From Bdellovibrionales bacterium (GTDB lineage Bacteria; Bdellovibrionota; Bdellovibrionia; Bdellovibrionales; JAMPXM01), in assembly GCA_043739185.1 (NCBI GenBank), contig JAYUEN010000214.1:1-15707 (forward strand): a stretch of 15,707 nucleotides of DNA, in the 5' to 3' direction. This document shows, piece after piece, positions 7,929 through 15,707 of this stretch. Every line of letters begins with the position of its first letter. Position 1 is the first letter of the stretch. The notes under the pieces are model-generated. The model was not told the DNA's origin. It did no database searches and saw only the letters and a program-made list of their open reading frames with translations. The position numbers were made by a program, and so were the translations under genes.

Positions 7929-9127
7929 AGTCTTCTGAAAAAGTAGTTCGACTCTACTATGGCTTTCAATTCTTCTTTTCACTCTTGGTTTGGGTTCCGA
8001 TATTTTATCGTTATCAAAAAGAAATTGGGCTGAACGATACTCAGATCTTCTCAATTCAGAGTATTTACTATATTTTTTTCTGCATTCTTGAAATACCGAC
8101 CGGCATGATCGCAGATTTTTGGGGCCATAGGCGCTGTCTAATTCTTGGAGCCGGAACCTTAATTATCAGCAACCTTCTTCCCATTTTCTTTCAAAGTTAC
8201 AATGGGTTTTTATTTCATTTTTTGAGCATTGCACTTGCCCGCTCCTTTATTTCAGGTGCCTCAAGTGCCTATTTATACAATTATCTGCAAACGCAAAATC
8301 GCGTCAGTGATTACAAACAGATTGAAGGAAGTGCTCGCGCCTTTGGCTTAATAGGGAAAGTCATTTGTTGGGCAGGTGTGGGCTGGCTTATGGCTTGGCA
8401 TTTGACTCTACCTTATTGGCTGACTTGCATTGCGGCTGGCATGTCGTTTATTTATGCAATTCTGCTTCCTACTCAAAACTTAGTAAATACAAATGAAAAA
8501 GGATTGGATCAGCCAAATTCATTGGTCTTTCAATTAAAAGAATCTTTGCTGACTCTCTTGGCCTCACCATTTCTTCTTCTTATAATGCTTCAGGGAATTT
8601 CAATCTTTGTACTTTCACGCATCTGTCAGGTGAACCTCTTTCAACCCTTACTTGAAAGCAAATCCTTTGGCCTAGAAAGTTTTGGTCCGATCATGTCGGC
8701 AATGACCATATTTGAAGCTATTGGATCGGCACGACCAAATTGGATTCGGAGATGGCTGAGTGATCTCAATGCCGTTTTTGTTTTATCTGCGGCTTTGGCT
8801 ATATCTCTCGGTTTTATGGCCTCGGGAAATCAAGTCACCTGTATTCTGTTATTATGTTTTTTCTCATATGCAACCGGCTTATCTTTTCCGGTTCAAAGAC
8901 AGTTGCTCAATGATGCTATTCCAAATTCGAAATATCGTGCTACTTTGATGTCGATTGAATCTATTATTGACCGTGGCGTTTGCGCCTGGACGGCTAGCCT
9001 AATGGGTAGTTTTTTAAGTCATGGACAGTTAAATCAATTCTTAATTTTTTCGGCTGAGTTGAGTCTAGCCATACTCTTTTTTCTGGCCCTTGGCCTAAAA
9101 ATCTTATCAGTAAAACTCAAAGCCTAG
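7925..9127 (+). CDS. MFS transporter
   Basis: Many hydrophobic segments, motif A EIPTGMIADFWGHRR, and the late motif IPNSKYRATLMS. The ATG at 7925 overlaps the dikinase stop (ATGA), so I moved the start from 7871. Confidence 0.9.
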   Translation: MKSSEKVVRLYYGFQFFFSLLVWVPIFYRYQKEIGLNDTQIFSIQSIYYIFFCILEIPTGMIADFWGHRRCLILGAGTLIISNLLPIFFQSYNGFLFHFLSIALARSFISGASSAYLYNYLQTQNRVSDYKQIEGSARAFGLIGKVICWAGVGWLMAWHLTLPYWLTCIAAGMSFIYAILLPTQNLVNTNEKGLDQPNSLVFQLKESLLTLLASPFLLLIMLQGISIFVLSRICQVNLFQPLLESKSFGLESFGPIMSAMTIFEAIGSARPNWIRRWLSDLNAVFVLSAALAISLGFMASGNQVTCILLLCFFSYATGLSFPVQRQLLNDAIPNSKYRATLMSIESIIDRGVCAWTASLMGSFLSHGQLNQFLIFSAELSLAILFFLALGLKILSVKLKA

Positions 9128-9185
9128 CTTGTTCACTTCTTCTTAACTTATTTCGCACATTATTTTTATTCAAACCCTAGATATC

Positions 9186-9215
9186 TTTAAAGTAATCAGT
9201 TTTTAAATCCGAAAA
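9186..9215 (+). promoter_or_regulatory. Putative sigma28 (FliA)-like promoter of the hybrid kinase
   Basis: TTTAAA-N16-TCCGAAAA, compared with the consensus TAAA-N15-GCCGATAA. The same motif occurs upstream of the receiver gene. Confidence 0.4.
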
Positions 9216-9222
9216 AAAATTG

Positions 9223-12200
9223 ATGAACGCCACCCCTGAAAAAAAGTCTGAAAATTTCATAATATCAGCCAAATTAATTTCACAATTGATGGCCTTTTTC
9301 ATTTCAATCATTGGGGCTCCGGTATTGATGTGCTTGAGTGATCACAATACTTTTGCGCTTTGGCAAACAATGCAGTTCAATGCCGCCCTTTTATTTGCCA
9401 TCTTTGGCATGAGTATATTTTTATTTTTAGAAAAAAAGCTCATTCAATCTCAAGCAGTTAGTCTTGGAATCTTTTTTATAAGTAGCTTCACCCTATTAGA
9501 GTATCTTTTAAATCAGAATTTTGGAATTGACGAATTACTTCACCGCGCTTTCGACCCAAGCCTTCAACACCCTGGCAGAATGGCTCTTAATACCGCACTT
9601 GCACTTTGCACAAGTAGTTTGTCACTATTTCTTTTAGCTAGAGTTCGGCCAAAAGGGATAATTGTATTTTTCTCGGCTCTCTTTGCGAGCTTCGGAGTTA
9701 GCCTAGGCCTGGTTAAAATCTCTGGAGTCGCATTTGATTTAAATGGCGCGGGCGATACCGAAAGCTTTATGCATATCTCTATACCTTCGGCATTTGGGAT
9801 TTTGATCATCGGCATTTTTCTATTGCGGGCCTGTCTTTTGAAATTGCAAAAAAACCAAAGCGAATCTTATCGCATCATTCCTCTTTACGTGGCTGCAATT
9901 TGCATTTTTATAAATATGATTTTATGGCAGTGCCTCTTGAATATGGAGTCCGAACACTCTAAGCAAATCGTTTCAGTTGAAACGGAAAATATGATACAAG
10001 AAATTGGCGAAAGACAACTTCAAATATCAAAGGCCATTCAAAGACTCGGTAGCCGCATTGAGTACTTAGGTTTTTCTGATAAAAAATATTTAAAGCTTGA
10101 GGCCAGTTCTTATATTGAACAAATCCCTTACATAAAGAGAATTGGCATTCTTGATGCCAATTCTAAAGTGATTTGGTCTTACCCCTTTTCAATAGCCAAT
10201 CAAGTTAGTGATTTGAAACAAACCGCTGATGGCAATCGTAAATTAGCCCTCGAGCATAGCAAAGCGACACGCCAAGTTGCCCTCAGTGGCGTTACCAATC
10301 TTTTATCAGGTGGTCTCGGCTTTTTTATGCCAGTGGCGCTCTTTCAAAATGAAAAGTTAGTCGGCTATATTTATGCAACAATTGAAGCCACCAAATTGTT
10401 CGGAAATTTAACAGATTCAAACAGATTTCAAATGCTCATTCGAATGAATCAGAATAAAATATTTTCTGATCGAAAGCCAAATGTTAGTCACAGCGAATTC
10501 ACCCAAATTTCAAAATTAAAATGGGGACAAAATCAAATCGAAATTGAGGTCACCCCGACCGACGAATTTATAAATGCAAATCGATCCTATATTTCATTTT
10601 TCATTTTTTATGGCGGAATCTTTATCTCAATATTTCTCGGTCTCTTTTTACAAACCCTAGCCCTTAAGCGAAAAAATGAACTGAAATTTATTGACAATGA
10701 AAAACTCATGTCAGGCCGCCTCAATATGGCCTTGAAATCAGCAGAAATAGCAATCTGGAGTTCGGACTATAACTCAGGCGAACTATGGAGAAGCTCCAAT
10801 CATGATGAGCTTTTTGGTTATCGTAAGCGCCTGGATCATTGGGACAGAGAAAAATTCAATTCGCACATATTACCAGAGGACTTAGAGCGAATTATTCAAG
10901 AACAAGATCAAGCTCTATTTAAATCGGGAGTTTCAAAATCAGAATTTAGAATCAAAAGGGCAGATGATCAATCTATAAGAATTGTAAGAGTTCAAGTGCG
11001 GGCTGTCACCGATGCTCAACATAAACCCAAACAATTGTTTGGAGTCATTTCGGATGTTACGCAAGAGCGTAAAGAAGAAGAGCAAAGAATTGCCGCCCTT
11101 GAATGGAAGAAAGCAATTCTACAGGCTACGGACTACACAATTATTTCGACTGACGAGAATGGAATAATTCAGACTTTCAATTCAGCAGCAGAAAGAATGT
11201 TAGGCTATGAGGCAGAAGAGTTAATCGGAAAAGCTTCGCCAGCGCAATTTCATGATGTAGACGAAGTCAGCACAAGAGCGAAGTCCCTCAGTCGAGAATT
11301 CGGACGTAATATTGAACCTGGCTTTGAGGTTTTTGTTTTAAAAGCAAGAGAGCTTCAGGTTGCTGATGAAAATGAATGGTCTTATCTTCGTAAGGATGGT
11401 TCCCGAATACCTGTCAGCCTGTGCGTAACTGCCCTTCGCGACCCCTCTGGCAAAGTCACGGGCTATTTAGGTATTGCGATAGATTTGACCGAACGAAAAA
11501 GAGCCGAAAAACTCTTATCCATTGCCCATGAGCGTTTAGAGAGAGTGGTCGATGCCACCGGCGAAGGAATTTGGGAAATTGAATTCAATGAAAAAGGCTC
11601 GCACTTTGTAAATTCTCAAGCCAAGCTCATTTTCGGCTATGAAGAGAGTGATTCCCCAAGCTACGAAGAAATGCTTTCATGGATTCACCCTCATGATAGA
11701 CATCAATTGGTATCGGTTGTTAAAAAACATTTTCGAGATAAAACTCCCCGCTTTGAATTTGATTTTCGCATTTTAGATAGAAAGTCACAGACAACAAAAA
11801 AGTGGGCGCGAGCAAAGGGCAAAGTCACCGAAGCATCCGGCCAACCAATTCGATTGGTGGCGACAATCAGTGATATCACTTTAAAAGTAGAAGACCGCAT
11901 GCGACTTGAAGACGCCTTACAAAAGGCCGAAGCGGGCACTCAGGCCAAGTCTACATTTCTGGCAACCATGAGCCATGAAATTCGAACTCCGCTTAATGGT
12001 ATAATAGGCATGACTGATTTATTGCTTGATACCAAATTAGATACTCATCAAAAAAAGTATGCTGATATTGTTCAGCAATCTGGTGCAAATTTGTTAGCAC
12101 TCATAAATGATGTATTAGACTTTTCAAAAATTGAAGCCAATAAATTGACACTTGAATGTGCGCCTTTTTCTCTTTCTAGTTTAATTGAAGCTCAGGTAGA

Positions 12201-13524
12201 AGTTCTGATCCCAAGGGCGATTAATCAAAAGATCACCCTCTTGTCTTTTATCTCGCCCAATTTGCCGCAAAATCTTATAGGCGATGCCGGCCGCGTTGGC
12301 CAAATTTTAGTAAATCTAATTGGCAATGCAGTCAAATTTACGAGATTCGGTGGCGTATCTGTGCGAGCTCAAGAGAGCAAAACTCGAACTGCTAAAATTG
12401 GTACGGTTTGGATTCGATTTGAAATTGAAGATACAGGTATTGGAATTTCAAGTGAAGGTATCACCAAATTATTTAAACCCTTTAGTCAGGTAGATTCGGG
12501 CTCCACTCGCCAATTTGGCGGCACCGGGCTAGGACTTTCAATTTCAAAGCGCCTCGTTGAAACTATGCAAGGAGTAATAGGAATTGAAAGTATAGAGGGA
12601 TCAGGATCAACTTTTTGGATTGAGATTCCCTTTGAAATTGCCCCGCAACCAAATTTTGTTGGCGTAAAAATGAATTCGGATGAAGCGAGACAAACACAAA
12701 TACTAATTGTCGACGAAGACCCAATTGTGACTGATGTCTTAATGAAATATGTTGTAGCCTTCGGATTCCACGCAGAAGCTTGTTCTCCTTCGGCCGCGCC
12801 CCGAATATTAGCGACTGCATCGCAAAGACGACGTCCCTTCAATCTGGCAATTCTCTGCGCCAGCGCACGCCCCCAAGATTCTTTTACTTTAGCTAGAGAA
12901 GTTAATCTGGCAATGGGACCAAATACTCCCATATTTATGTTAGCTCTTGAATTTGGAACTAAACTCTCCCAAGGAGAAGATGTAGAAAATTTATTTGTGA
13001 GCGTATTGCAAAAGCCATTTAAGTTGTTCGATTTAGTTGGGTCTTTTTCAAAATTTTTAAATCCTGAACAGGCTTCAAACAAAACCTTAGCCGTCAATGT
13101 AAAGCTTGAGGCGAAATCATCCCTTTCACAAAACGAGCACTTTATCTTAGTGGCAGATGATCTTTCGGTTAATCGCATGCTCACCTGCAAAATTCTTGAA
13201 AGCTTAGGCTACAGCTCACACACTGCAGAGCATGGGCTTGAAGTCATCGCCAAAATGAAAGAAAATAACTTCGCTTTGATTTTAATGGATTGTCAGATGC
13301 CGCAGCTTGATGGTTTTGCTACTACCAAAGTAATTCGTGATGGAGAGAAGGCTACGGGCAAATACCAATTGATTATTGCTCTTACCGCCAATGCAATGGA
13401 CGGCGATAGCAAAAAGTGTGTTGAAGCCGGTATGGACGACTACTTATCAAAGCCAATTAAAAAAGACAAATTGAAGTCGATGCTTGAGAAATGGCTATCA
13501 GATAAAAATACTAAAGTTGCATAA
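9223..13524 (+). CDS. Hybrid sensor histidine kinase: multi-TM, CHASE, three PAS/PAC, HisKA, HATPase, degenerate REC, REC
   Basis: H-box MSHEIRTPLNGI (His codon at 11974), N-box NLIGNAVKFT, G1 DTGIG, G2 GGTGLGL. PAS signatures include FNSAAERMLGYEAEELIG and IHPHD. CHASE-like segment LLSGGLGFFMPVAL. Terminal REC has ILVADD and LILMDCQMP. Start is the ATG at 9223 or the TTG at 9220. Confidence 0.93.
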   Translation: MNATPEKKSENFIISAKLISQLMAFFISIIGAPVLMCLSDHNTFALWQTMQFNAALLFAIFGMSIFLFLEKKLIQSQAVSLGIFFISSFTLLEYLLNQNFGIDELLHRAFDPSLQHPGRMALNTALALCTSSLSLFLLARVRPKGIIVFFSALFASFGVSLGLVKISGVAFDLNGAGDTESFMHISIPSAFGILIIGIFLLRACLLKLQKNQSESYRIIPLYVAAICIFINMILWQCLLNMESEHSKQIVSVETENMIQEIGERQLQISKAIQRLGSRIEYLGFSDKKYLKLEASSYIEQIPYIKRIGILDANSKVIWSYPFSIANQVSDLKQTADGNRKLALEHSKATRQVALSGVTNLLSGGLGFFMPVALFQNEKLVGYIYATIEATKLFGNLTDSNRFQMLIRMNQNKIFSDRKPNVSHSEFTQISKLKWGQNQIEIEVTPTDEFINANRSYISFFIFYGGIFISIFLGLFLQTLALKRKNELKFIDNEKLMSGRLNMALKSAEIAIWSSDYNSGELWRSSNHDELFGYRKRLDHWDREKFNSHILPEDLERIIQEQDQALFKSGVSKSEFRIKRADDQSIRIVRVQVRAVTDAQHKPKQLFGVISDVTQERKEEEQRIAALEWKKAILQATDYTIISTDENGIIQTFNSAAERMLGYEAEELIGKASPAQFHDVDEVSTRAKSLSREFGRNIEPGFEVFVLKARELQVADENEWSYLRKDGSRIPVSLCVTALRDPSGKVTGYLGIAIDLTERKRAEKLLSIAHERLERVVDATGEGIWEIEFNEKGSHFVNSQAKLIFGYEESDSPSYEEMLSWIHPHDRHQLVSVVKKHFRDKTPRFEFDFRILDRKSQTTKKWARAKGKVTEASGQPIRLVATISDITLKVEDRMRLEDALQKAEAGTQAKSTFLATMSHEIRTPLNGIIGMTDLLLDTKLDTHQKKYADIVQQSGANLLALINDVLDFSKIEANKLTLECAPFSLSSLIEAQVEVLIPRAINQKITLLSFISPNLPQNLIGDAGRVGQILVNLIGNAVKFTRFGGVSVRAQESKTRTAKIGTVWIRFEIEDTGIGISSEGITKLFKPFSQVDSGSTRQFGGTGLGLSISKRLVETMQGVIGIESIEGSGSTFWIEIPFEIAPQPNFVGVKMNSDEARQTQILIVDEDPIVTDVLMKYVVAFGFHAEACSPSAAPRILATASQRRRPFNLAILCASARPQDSFTLAREVNLAMGPNTPIFMLALEFGTKLSQGEDVENLFVSVLQKPFKLFDLVGSFSKFLNPEQASNKTLAVNVKLEAKSSLSQNEHFILVADDLSVNRMLTCKILESLGYSSHTAEHGLEVIAKMKENNFALILMDCQMPQLDGFATTKVIRDGEKATGKYQLIIALTANAMDGDSKKCVEAGMDDYLSKPIKKDKLKSMLEKWLSDKNTKVA

Positions 13525-13557
13525 TAAAATTTAAAAAAATAATGAAAATGAAATGAC

Positions 13558-14004
13558 TTAAGCTTTTTTGAAACTCATCAGAAGCTTATTCACTTTGTCT
13601 GCTAATAGAGCAATTTGAACAGGCTTAATTACAAAGTCGTCGACACCCATTCTGAGGGAGTCGCGAATTTTGTCTGCCTCAGTAACTGAAGTTACCATTA
13701 TAACCGGCGTTTTATTTGTGTCTTTTTGACCGCGAATTTCTTTCAGAAATTCAAAACCGCTTTTGCCCGGCATATTCCAGTCTAAGATGACAAGGTCAAA
13801 GGGCTTGGCTACGTCAAAAGCAGTTTGTAATTTAAAGGCCGCTGACTTTACATTTTCAGCTTCCTGCAAATTCTTGATACCCAATTTGATCAGAATTGTT
13901 TTGATTAATAATCGGTCCGATGGATTATCATCGACGACTAGTACTCTGGCTTCAACCAGCGCTGGATTTTCTTTAACGCTTGAATCATTTGTCATAAATC
14001 TCAT
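13558..14004 (-). CDS. Single-domain CheY-like response regulator
   Basis: VLVVDD, LVILDWNMPGKSG, IMVTS and FVIKP show all receiver catalytic residues are present. No output domain. Alternative start at 13995. Confidence 0.92.
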   Translation of the reverse strand: MRFMTNDSSVKENPALVEARVLVVDDNPSDRLLIKTILIKLGIKNLQEAENVKSAAFKLQTAFDVAKPFDLVILDWNMPGKSGFEFLKEIRGQKDTNKTPVIMVTSVTEADKIRDSLRMGVDDFVIKPVQIALLADKVNKLLMSFKKA

Positions 14005-14046
14005 CTAGGATGTCATCACTTAGTCACAATTGCAAAGCCCTATCCA

Positions 14047-14076
14047 CTTTCGGACACAATTTTAATTGGATTTAAA
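14047..14076 (-). promoter_or_regulatory. Putative sigma28 (FliA)-like promoter of the receiver gene
   Basis: The minus strand reads TTTAAA-N16-TCCGAAAG, about 42 nt upstream of the ATG at 14004. Confidence 0.45.
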
Positions 14077-14093
14077 TAAAATAAAAAAGTAGA

Positions 14094-14459
14094 TCAAAGA
14101 CTTCCCATAACAATTGCAGAATAAGGTGAAGGTCCGGCTTGATTGTAGCCACGGATGCGAAAATAGTACCTTTGTCCCCTAGTCACTCCAATGCTAGTGG
14201 TATTGACGCCATCAGGAATGGTTTTGATTTGAGAATAGCTCACTCCATCTAGACTTTGTTCGATATAAAAGCCTTGTTGTTCGCCAGCATTGGCTTTCCA
14301 AGTTAATTGCATTTGGGGTCCTGCATTTCCCTGTGGATTATTTAGGTTGGAACTACCCTGAGAATTACTCGCTGAATAGCTAGTAAAATTCGAAGAACAT
14401 CCGAAAGTTAAAAAACTCATTAAAACAATCAGGAAGTTTATTTGAACAAATGAATTCAT
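14094..14459 (-). CDS. Lipoprotein with a fibronectin type III domain
   Basis: The ATG at 14459 follows a GAGGGAG RBS, so I moved the start from 14498. Lipobox LTFG-C, then a Ser/Asn/Gly linker, then the FN3 pattern QLTW...GFYIEQS...YYFRIRGYNQAGPSPYS. Confidence 0.8.
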   Translation of the reverse strand: MNSFVQINFLIVLMSFLTFGCSSNFTSYSASNSQGSSNLNNPQGNAGPQMQLTWKANAGEQQGFYIEQSLDGVSYSQIKTIPDGVNTTSIGVTRGQRYYFRIRGYNQAGPSPYSAIVMGSL

Positions 14460-14499
14460 AATTTTTCTCCCTCGAATGATCAGCGCTCCACACTTCATA

Positions 14500-15707
14500 T
14501 TAAATTCCTGTAATTGGGGTTAATACTAAGTTCACTGGTGCCTGAGGAGCAATCAACTGCGGAGTCGCCGATGCCACTCCACTCTGCCCGCTTTTTCCCG
14601 AAGCATCAGCTGCTACGACATAGTAAAAATAAGTCACGCCATTTTGCAGGCCAGTATCAGCGAAACTCAAATTTGCCAAATTTGACACAAGCATTGCAAA
14701 TGGGCCTGCAGCCGAAGTGGCTCGATAGACAAGGTAAGAAACCGCGCCAGTTGGTTTAGCCCAGTTGAGATTGACGCTGGTATTGTGGGCGGTCGCTGCC
14801 AATCCGCCAGGAGGCATTGGAGGCAAAATGGGATTGATCAGCGATAAAAATAACATACTATTTATTGAGCCGAGGCCAGTACTCAAATCATAACCCATAG
14901 TCGCCGGATAGGACAAATTGGTTGAGTTATCAGCTATATCTCGAAAAACCTGACCCGCAATCGAACTCTGTCCCAGCTGATAAAGGCTGGGGTTGGCAAA
15001 TCCTAAGGGAGGATTGCCCGCTTTCGCGCGCGCACTATTTACAATTGCCGTAATCGCCGCATAAATCGGAGAGACCGCACTGGTTCCTCCCACCACTGTA
15101 AATGAATTATTTATAGCAACAGAATATCCTGAAGCTGGATTCGCATTTCCCGAAATATCAGGAACCATACGCATGGTTTGGGAGCCGCGATTGCTGGTAT
15201 TCCCGAATCCAATTTGCCAGTTCTGGATCGGCCAGAACCCGCTGATTCCACCACCAGCGCCTCTTCCACCAGGAGCGCCAGCGCCAGCGCCAGCCAAAGT
15301 ACCCCAGCTACTTTCACTTCGAAAGCTACCATCGGCATTTAGTGATAAGGTCGTTCCCCCGGCACCGGTTACAAATGGTTGCGATGCGGGATCATCAACG
15401 CCTAATACCCTTTGATCATCAAAAGCCCCGAAATCACCTGAGGCTGCAAAAATTGACTGACCCTGTGCCGCCATCTGCTTAAAGATTAAATTTTCAGCCT
15501 GTAGAAATGCCGATGTCGACTGCGCTTCTGGTGCACCCCATGAAGTGCTCGCCTGTTTTGCAATATTGTCATTGGCTATTCGAGCATAAGTATCTAGCAC
15601 ACCTTGATCCGTATTGGGGCCTTCATAAACCATGATTTTGGTAGCCGTCGGTGCAACCGCCATCATCATCTCAATATCAAGTGCAACTTCTATGGCGCCT
15701 GCGCCAG
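14500..15707 (-). CDS. S53 (sedolisin/kumamolisin) serine-carboxyl peptidase with a C-terminal FN3 domain; 5' end outside the window
   Basis: The frame stays open to the window edge and reads GAGAIEVALDIEMMMA (catalytic Glu/Asp, ExxLD). Oxyanion SGDFG, catalytic Ser GGTSAVSP, Ca-site GYDLSTGLGS, and FN3 VNLNW...YLVYR...GLQNGVTYFYYVVA. Confidence 0.92.
   Translation of the reverse strand, partial: GAGAIEVALDIEMMMAVAPTATKIMVYEGPNTDQGVLDTYARIANDNIAKQASTSWGAPEAQSTSAFLQAENLIFKQMAAQGQSIFAASGDFGAFDDQRVLGVDDPASQPFVTGAGGTTLSLNADGSFRSESSWGTLAGAGAGAPGGRGAGGGISGFWPIQNWQIGFGNTSNRGSQTMRMVPDISGNANPASGYSVAINNSFTVVGGTSAVSPIYAAITAIVNSARAKAGNPPLGFANPSLYQLGQSSIAGQVFRDIADNSTNLSYPATMGYDLSTGLGSINSMLFLSLINPILPPMPPGGLAATAHNTSVNLNWAKPTGAVSYLVYRATSAAGPFAMLVSNLANLSFADTGLQNGVTYFYYVVAADASGKSGQSGVASATPQLIAPQAPVNLVLTPITGI

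Noticed and set aside
12486..13190. 234-aa antisense ORF, plus the other short overlapping ORFs in the track (e.g. 3318-3811, 4348-5171, 6485-6691, 7375-8054, 9564-9815, 11703-11939, 13763-14008, 14514-15415)
   Set aside because: They lie within or across well-supported genes and show no recognisable motifs, so they are most likely shadow ORFs.
15275..15295. GCGCCA tandem hexamer repeat
   Set aside because: It encodes a Gly-Ala loop (AGAGAGAP) in frame within the protease. It is too short to suggest a contingency locus.
1..15707. CRISPR arrays, tRNA/rRNA genes, IS/integrase/phage genes, anti-phage defence genes
   Set aside because: I saw no spaced repeats, RNA gene signatures, or recombinase/nuclease motifs, and the intergenic gaps are all short (at most about 225 nt).

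Overview
This is a gene-dense bacterial chromosomal window of low to moderate GC. I saw no rRNA, tRNA, CRISPR array or mobile element. The gene content (GYF_2-PilZ protein, several signal-peptide-bearing orphans, sigma28-like motifs) suggests a Bdellovibrionota-like predator, which is an inference only. From left to right it holds: a secreted CxxCH protein missing from the ORF track (truncated at the left edge), a GYF_2-PilZ protein, an exported cyclophilin, and a divergent trio of exported enzymes (a phytochelatin-synthase-like Cys protease with altered active-site residues, a DUF1399/GRDP-like protein, a HAD-fold protein). Next come a two-gene operon with its own sigma70 promoter (atypical His-domain/ATP-grasp dikinase plus MFS transporter), a large CHASE-PAS hybrid histidine kinase convergent with a CheY-like receiver, an FN3 lipoprotein, and an S53 protease with FN3 (truncated at the right edge). 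The best candidates for something new are: (1) the dikinase-MFS cassette, (2) a shared 'signal peptide + C-x-x-x-F' N-terminal tag on adjacent unrelated enzymes, (3) the PCS-like enzyme with a Cys-His-Glu triad, and (4) a possible split FN3 domain linking the protease to the lipoprotein.
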